Assembly: GCA_963831685.1 (NCBI GenBank)
Contig: CAWHRJ010000015.1
Span: forward strand, 62,305 to 126,304
Source of the DNA: an uncultured Pseudomonadota bacterium
Lineage (GTDB): Bacteria; Myxococcota_A; Polyangia; Fen-1088
Direction: 5' to 3'
Length of the DNA: 64,000 nt
Shown here: in pieces, positions 62,698-64,000 of the stretch
How the letters are laid out: every line of letters starts with the position of its first letter
How positions within the stretch are numbered: position 1 is the first letter of the stretch
Position numbers and translations under genes: made by a program
Notes under the pieces: model-generated
Database searches by the model: none
Told to the model about the DNA's origin: nothing
The model's input: the letters and a program-made list of their open reading frames with translations, nothing else

Positions 62698-63648
62698 TCA
62701 GACTTGCGCGCCCGCATTCGGATCGTTCGGATCGGTGCGATCCTTCTTGTCCTTCAGCAGATCTTCGCGCTTCACGCCGAGCCACATCGCGAGGGCGGCG
62801 GCGACGAACACCGACGAATAGATACCGAACAGGATACCGACCGTCAGCGCAAGAGCGAAGTAGTGCAGTGTCGGGCCGCCGAACAGGAACATCGACAGCA
62901 CCATCATCTGCGTACAGCCGTGCGTGATGATGGTCCGCGACATCGTGCTGGTGATCGCGTGGTTGATGACCTCGATCACGGTCAGCTTGCGTTCGCGGCG
63001 GAAGGTCTCGCGAATCCGGTCGAAGATCACGACCGACTCGTTCACCGAATAGCCGAGCACCGCGAGCACCGCGGCCAGCACCGACAGCGAGAACTCCCAC
63101 TGGAAGAACGCGAAGAAGCCGAGAATGATCACCACGTCGTGCAAGTTCGCGATCACGCCGGCCACCGCATACTTCCATTCGAAGCGGAACGACAGGTAAA
63201 TCACGATGCCGATCACCACGCACGCGAGCGCGAGCAGGCCGTCGGTGGCGAGCTCTTTACCGACCTGCGGGCCGACGAACTCGACACGCTGCAACTGCAC
63301 CTGCGGGGTGTCGGCCTTCAGCGCGCCCATCACCTGGTCGCTCTGCTGCGCCGACGTGAAGCCCTGCTTGAGCGGCAGTCGGATCAGCACGTCGCGCGAG
63401 GTGCCGAAGTTCTGCACCTGAGCGTCCGCGTAACCGAGCTTGGCCAGCGTACCGCGCACCGGATCGAGCGGCGCGGCGCCCGGATACTGCACTTCGATCA
63501 CGGTTCCGCCGGTGAACTCCACCGACAGATGCAGCCCGCGATGCACGAGGAAGAACACAGCGGCAAGGAACGTCAGCAGCGAGATTGCGTTGAAGAGCAA
63601 CGCACGCTGCATGAACGGAATGTCTTTGCGAAAACGGAAAAATTCCAT
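62698..63648 (-). CDS. secF: protein translocase subunit SecF
   Basis: 316 aa. MEFFRFRKDIPFMQRALLFNAISLLTF..., GTVIEVQY, and the conserved C-terminal TM bundle. Confidence 0.9.
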   Translation of the reverse strand: MEFFRFRKDIPFMQRALLFNAISLLTFLAAVFFLVHRGLHLSVEFTGGTVIEVQYPGAAPLDPVRGTLAKLGYADAQVQNFGTSRDVLIRLPLKQGFTSAQQSDQVMGALKADTPQVQLQRVEFVGPQVGKELATDGLLALACVVIGIVIYLSFRFEWKYAVAGVIANLHDVVIILGFFAFFQWEFSLSVLAAVLAVLGYSVNESVVIFDRIRETFRRERKLTVIEVINHAITSTMSRTIITHGCTQMMVLSMFLFGGPTLHYFALALTVGILFGIYSSVFVAAALAMWLGVKREDLLKDKKDRTDPNDPNAGAQV

Positions 63649-63666
63649 GGTCTTGTTCTCCGGGAC

Positions 63667-64000
63667 TCAGCGGGATGAACCCGGTTTCTGCGGCGTATTC
63701 GACGAACCCGACGACGCGTTGCGGCGGCGCACGGTCGGCTTGCCGGCACGCGCTTGCGCGCCGGCCTGGGCCTTCGGCTTGGCCGTGGCCGCTGCGACAG
63801 CTTGCGCAGTGTCGGTGGCGGCGTCGTTGTTGCCGAGGTAGGCGGAGGAGCCCGCGGGCGCCGTATCCGGACGCCACACCTGGCCGATCGCCAGCGTCTT
63901 CAGCTTCTTCTTGCCGCCGTACCAGAGGTTGACGAGCCCACGCGAGAAGAACACCGCCGAGAACATCGACGTCAGGATGCCGATACAGTGGACCATCGCG
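63667..64000 (-). CDS. secD: protein translocase subunit SecD, C-terminal part only (5' end outside the window)
   Basis: VHCIGILTSMFSAVFFSRGLVNLWYGGKKKLKTLAIG, followed by a low-complexity Ala/Lys/Gln tail. Directly upstream of secF. Confidence 0.8.
   Translation of the reverse strand, partial: AMVHCIGILTSMFSAVFFSRGLVNLWYGGKKKLKTLAIGQVWRPDTAPAGSSAYLGNNDAATDTAQAVAAATAKPKAQAGAQARAGKPTVRRRNASSGSSNTPQKPGSSR

Overview
High-GC 64-kb window that reads as two unrelated pieces joined at about 42.9-43.07 kb. The left 43 kb has near-saturated GC3 and Myxococcota-like content (inference only). It carries an FtsB/small membrane stress-protein cluster, rmuC plus a PLD-family nuclease, and a translationally coupled mevalonate operon (fni-mvk-mvaD-PMK-HMGR) ending in an HpnC-like squalene-synthase-family gene. 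It also carries a MacA/ABC/TolC efflux locus, an uncharacterised operon of two beta-propeller lipoproteins plus an OM beta-barrel with a possible sigma-54 promoter, and an expansin-like lipoprotein. Further genes are an EBP-fliA-flgM module with no flagellar genes, pheA divergent from fah-maiA, an HK/NtrC pair, bolA-grxD, vapBC and hemD. A 1-kb inverted-repeat-bounded element encodes a COG1943/RayT-like Y1 transposase. The right 21 kb has lower GC3 and Burkholderiaceae-like content and order: a truncated FMN-glutamate-synthase-like gene, mnmA, NUDIX, pntAA-pntAB-pntB, yafY-VOC, a THUMP methyltransferase, a PF10136 membrane protein, pqiA-pqiA-pqiB-pqiC, cybB-yceI-yceI, an MHS transporter and secF-secD. 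I found no rRNA, tRNA or CRISPR array by eye. Roughly 50 frame changes are concentrated in a few blocks (1-1.3, 13.8-15.8, 40.3-47.8 and 55.4-58.7 kb), while about 37 kb of genes is uninterrupted. The densest block straddles the junction, so I read the junction as a misjoin or artificial join until reads show otherwise. I see no recognisable defence-type system. The candidates most worth follow-up are the IR-bounded Y1-transposase element, the putative sigma-54 envelope operon, and the EBP lacking GAFTGA next to an orphan fliA-flgM pair.
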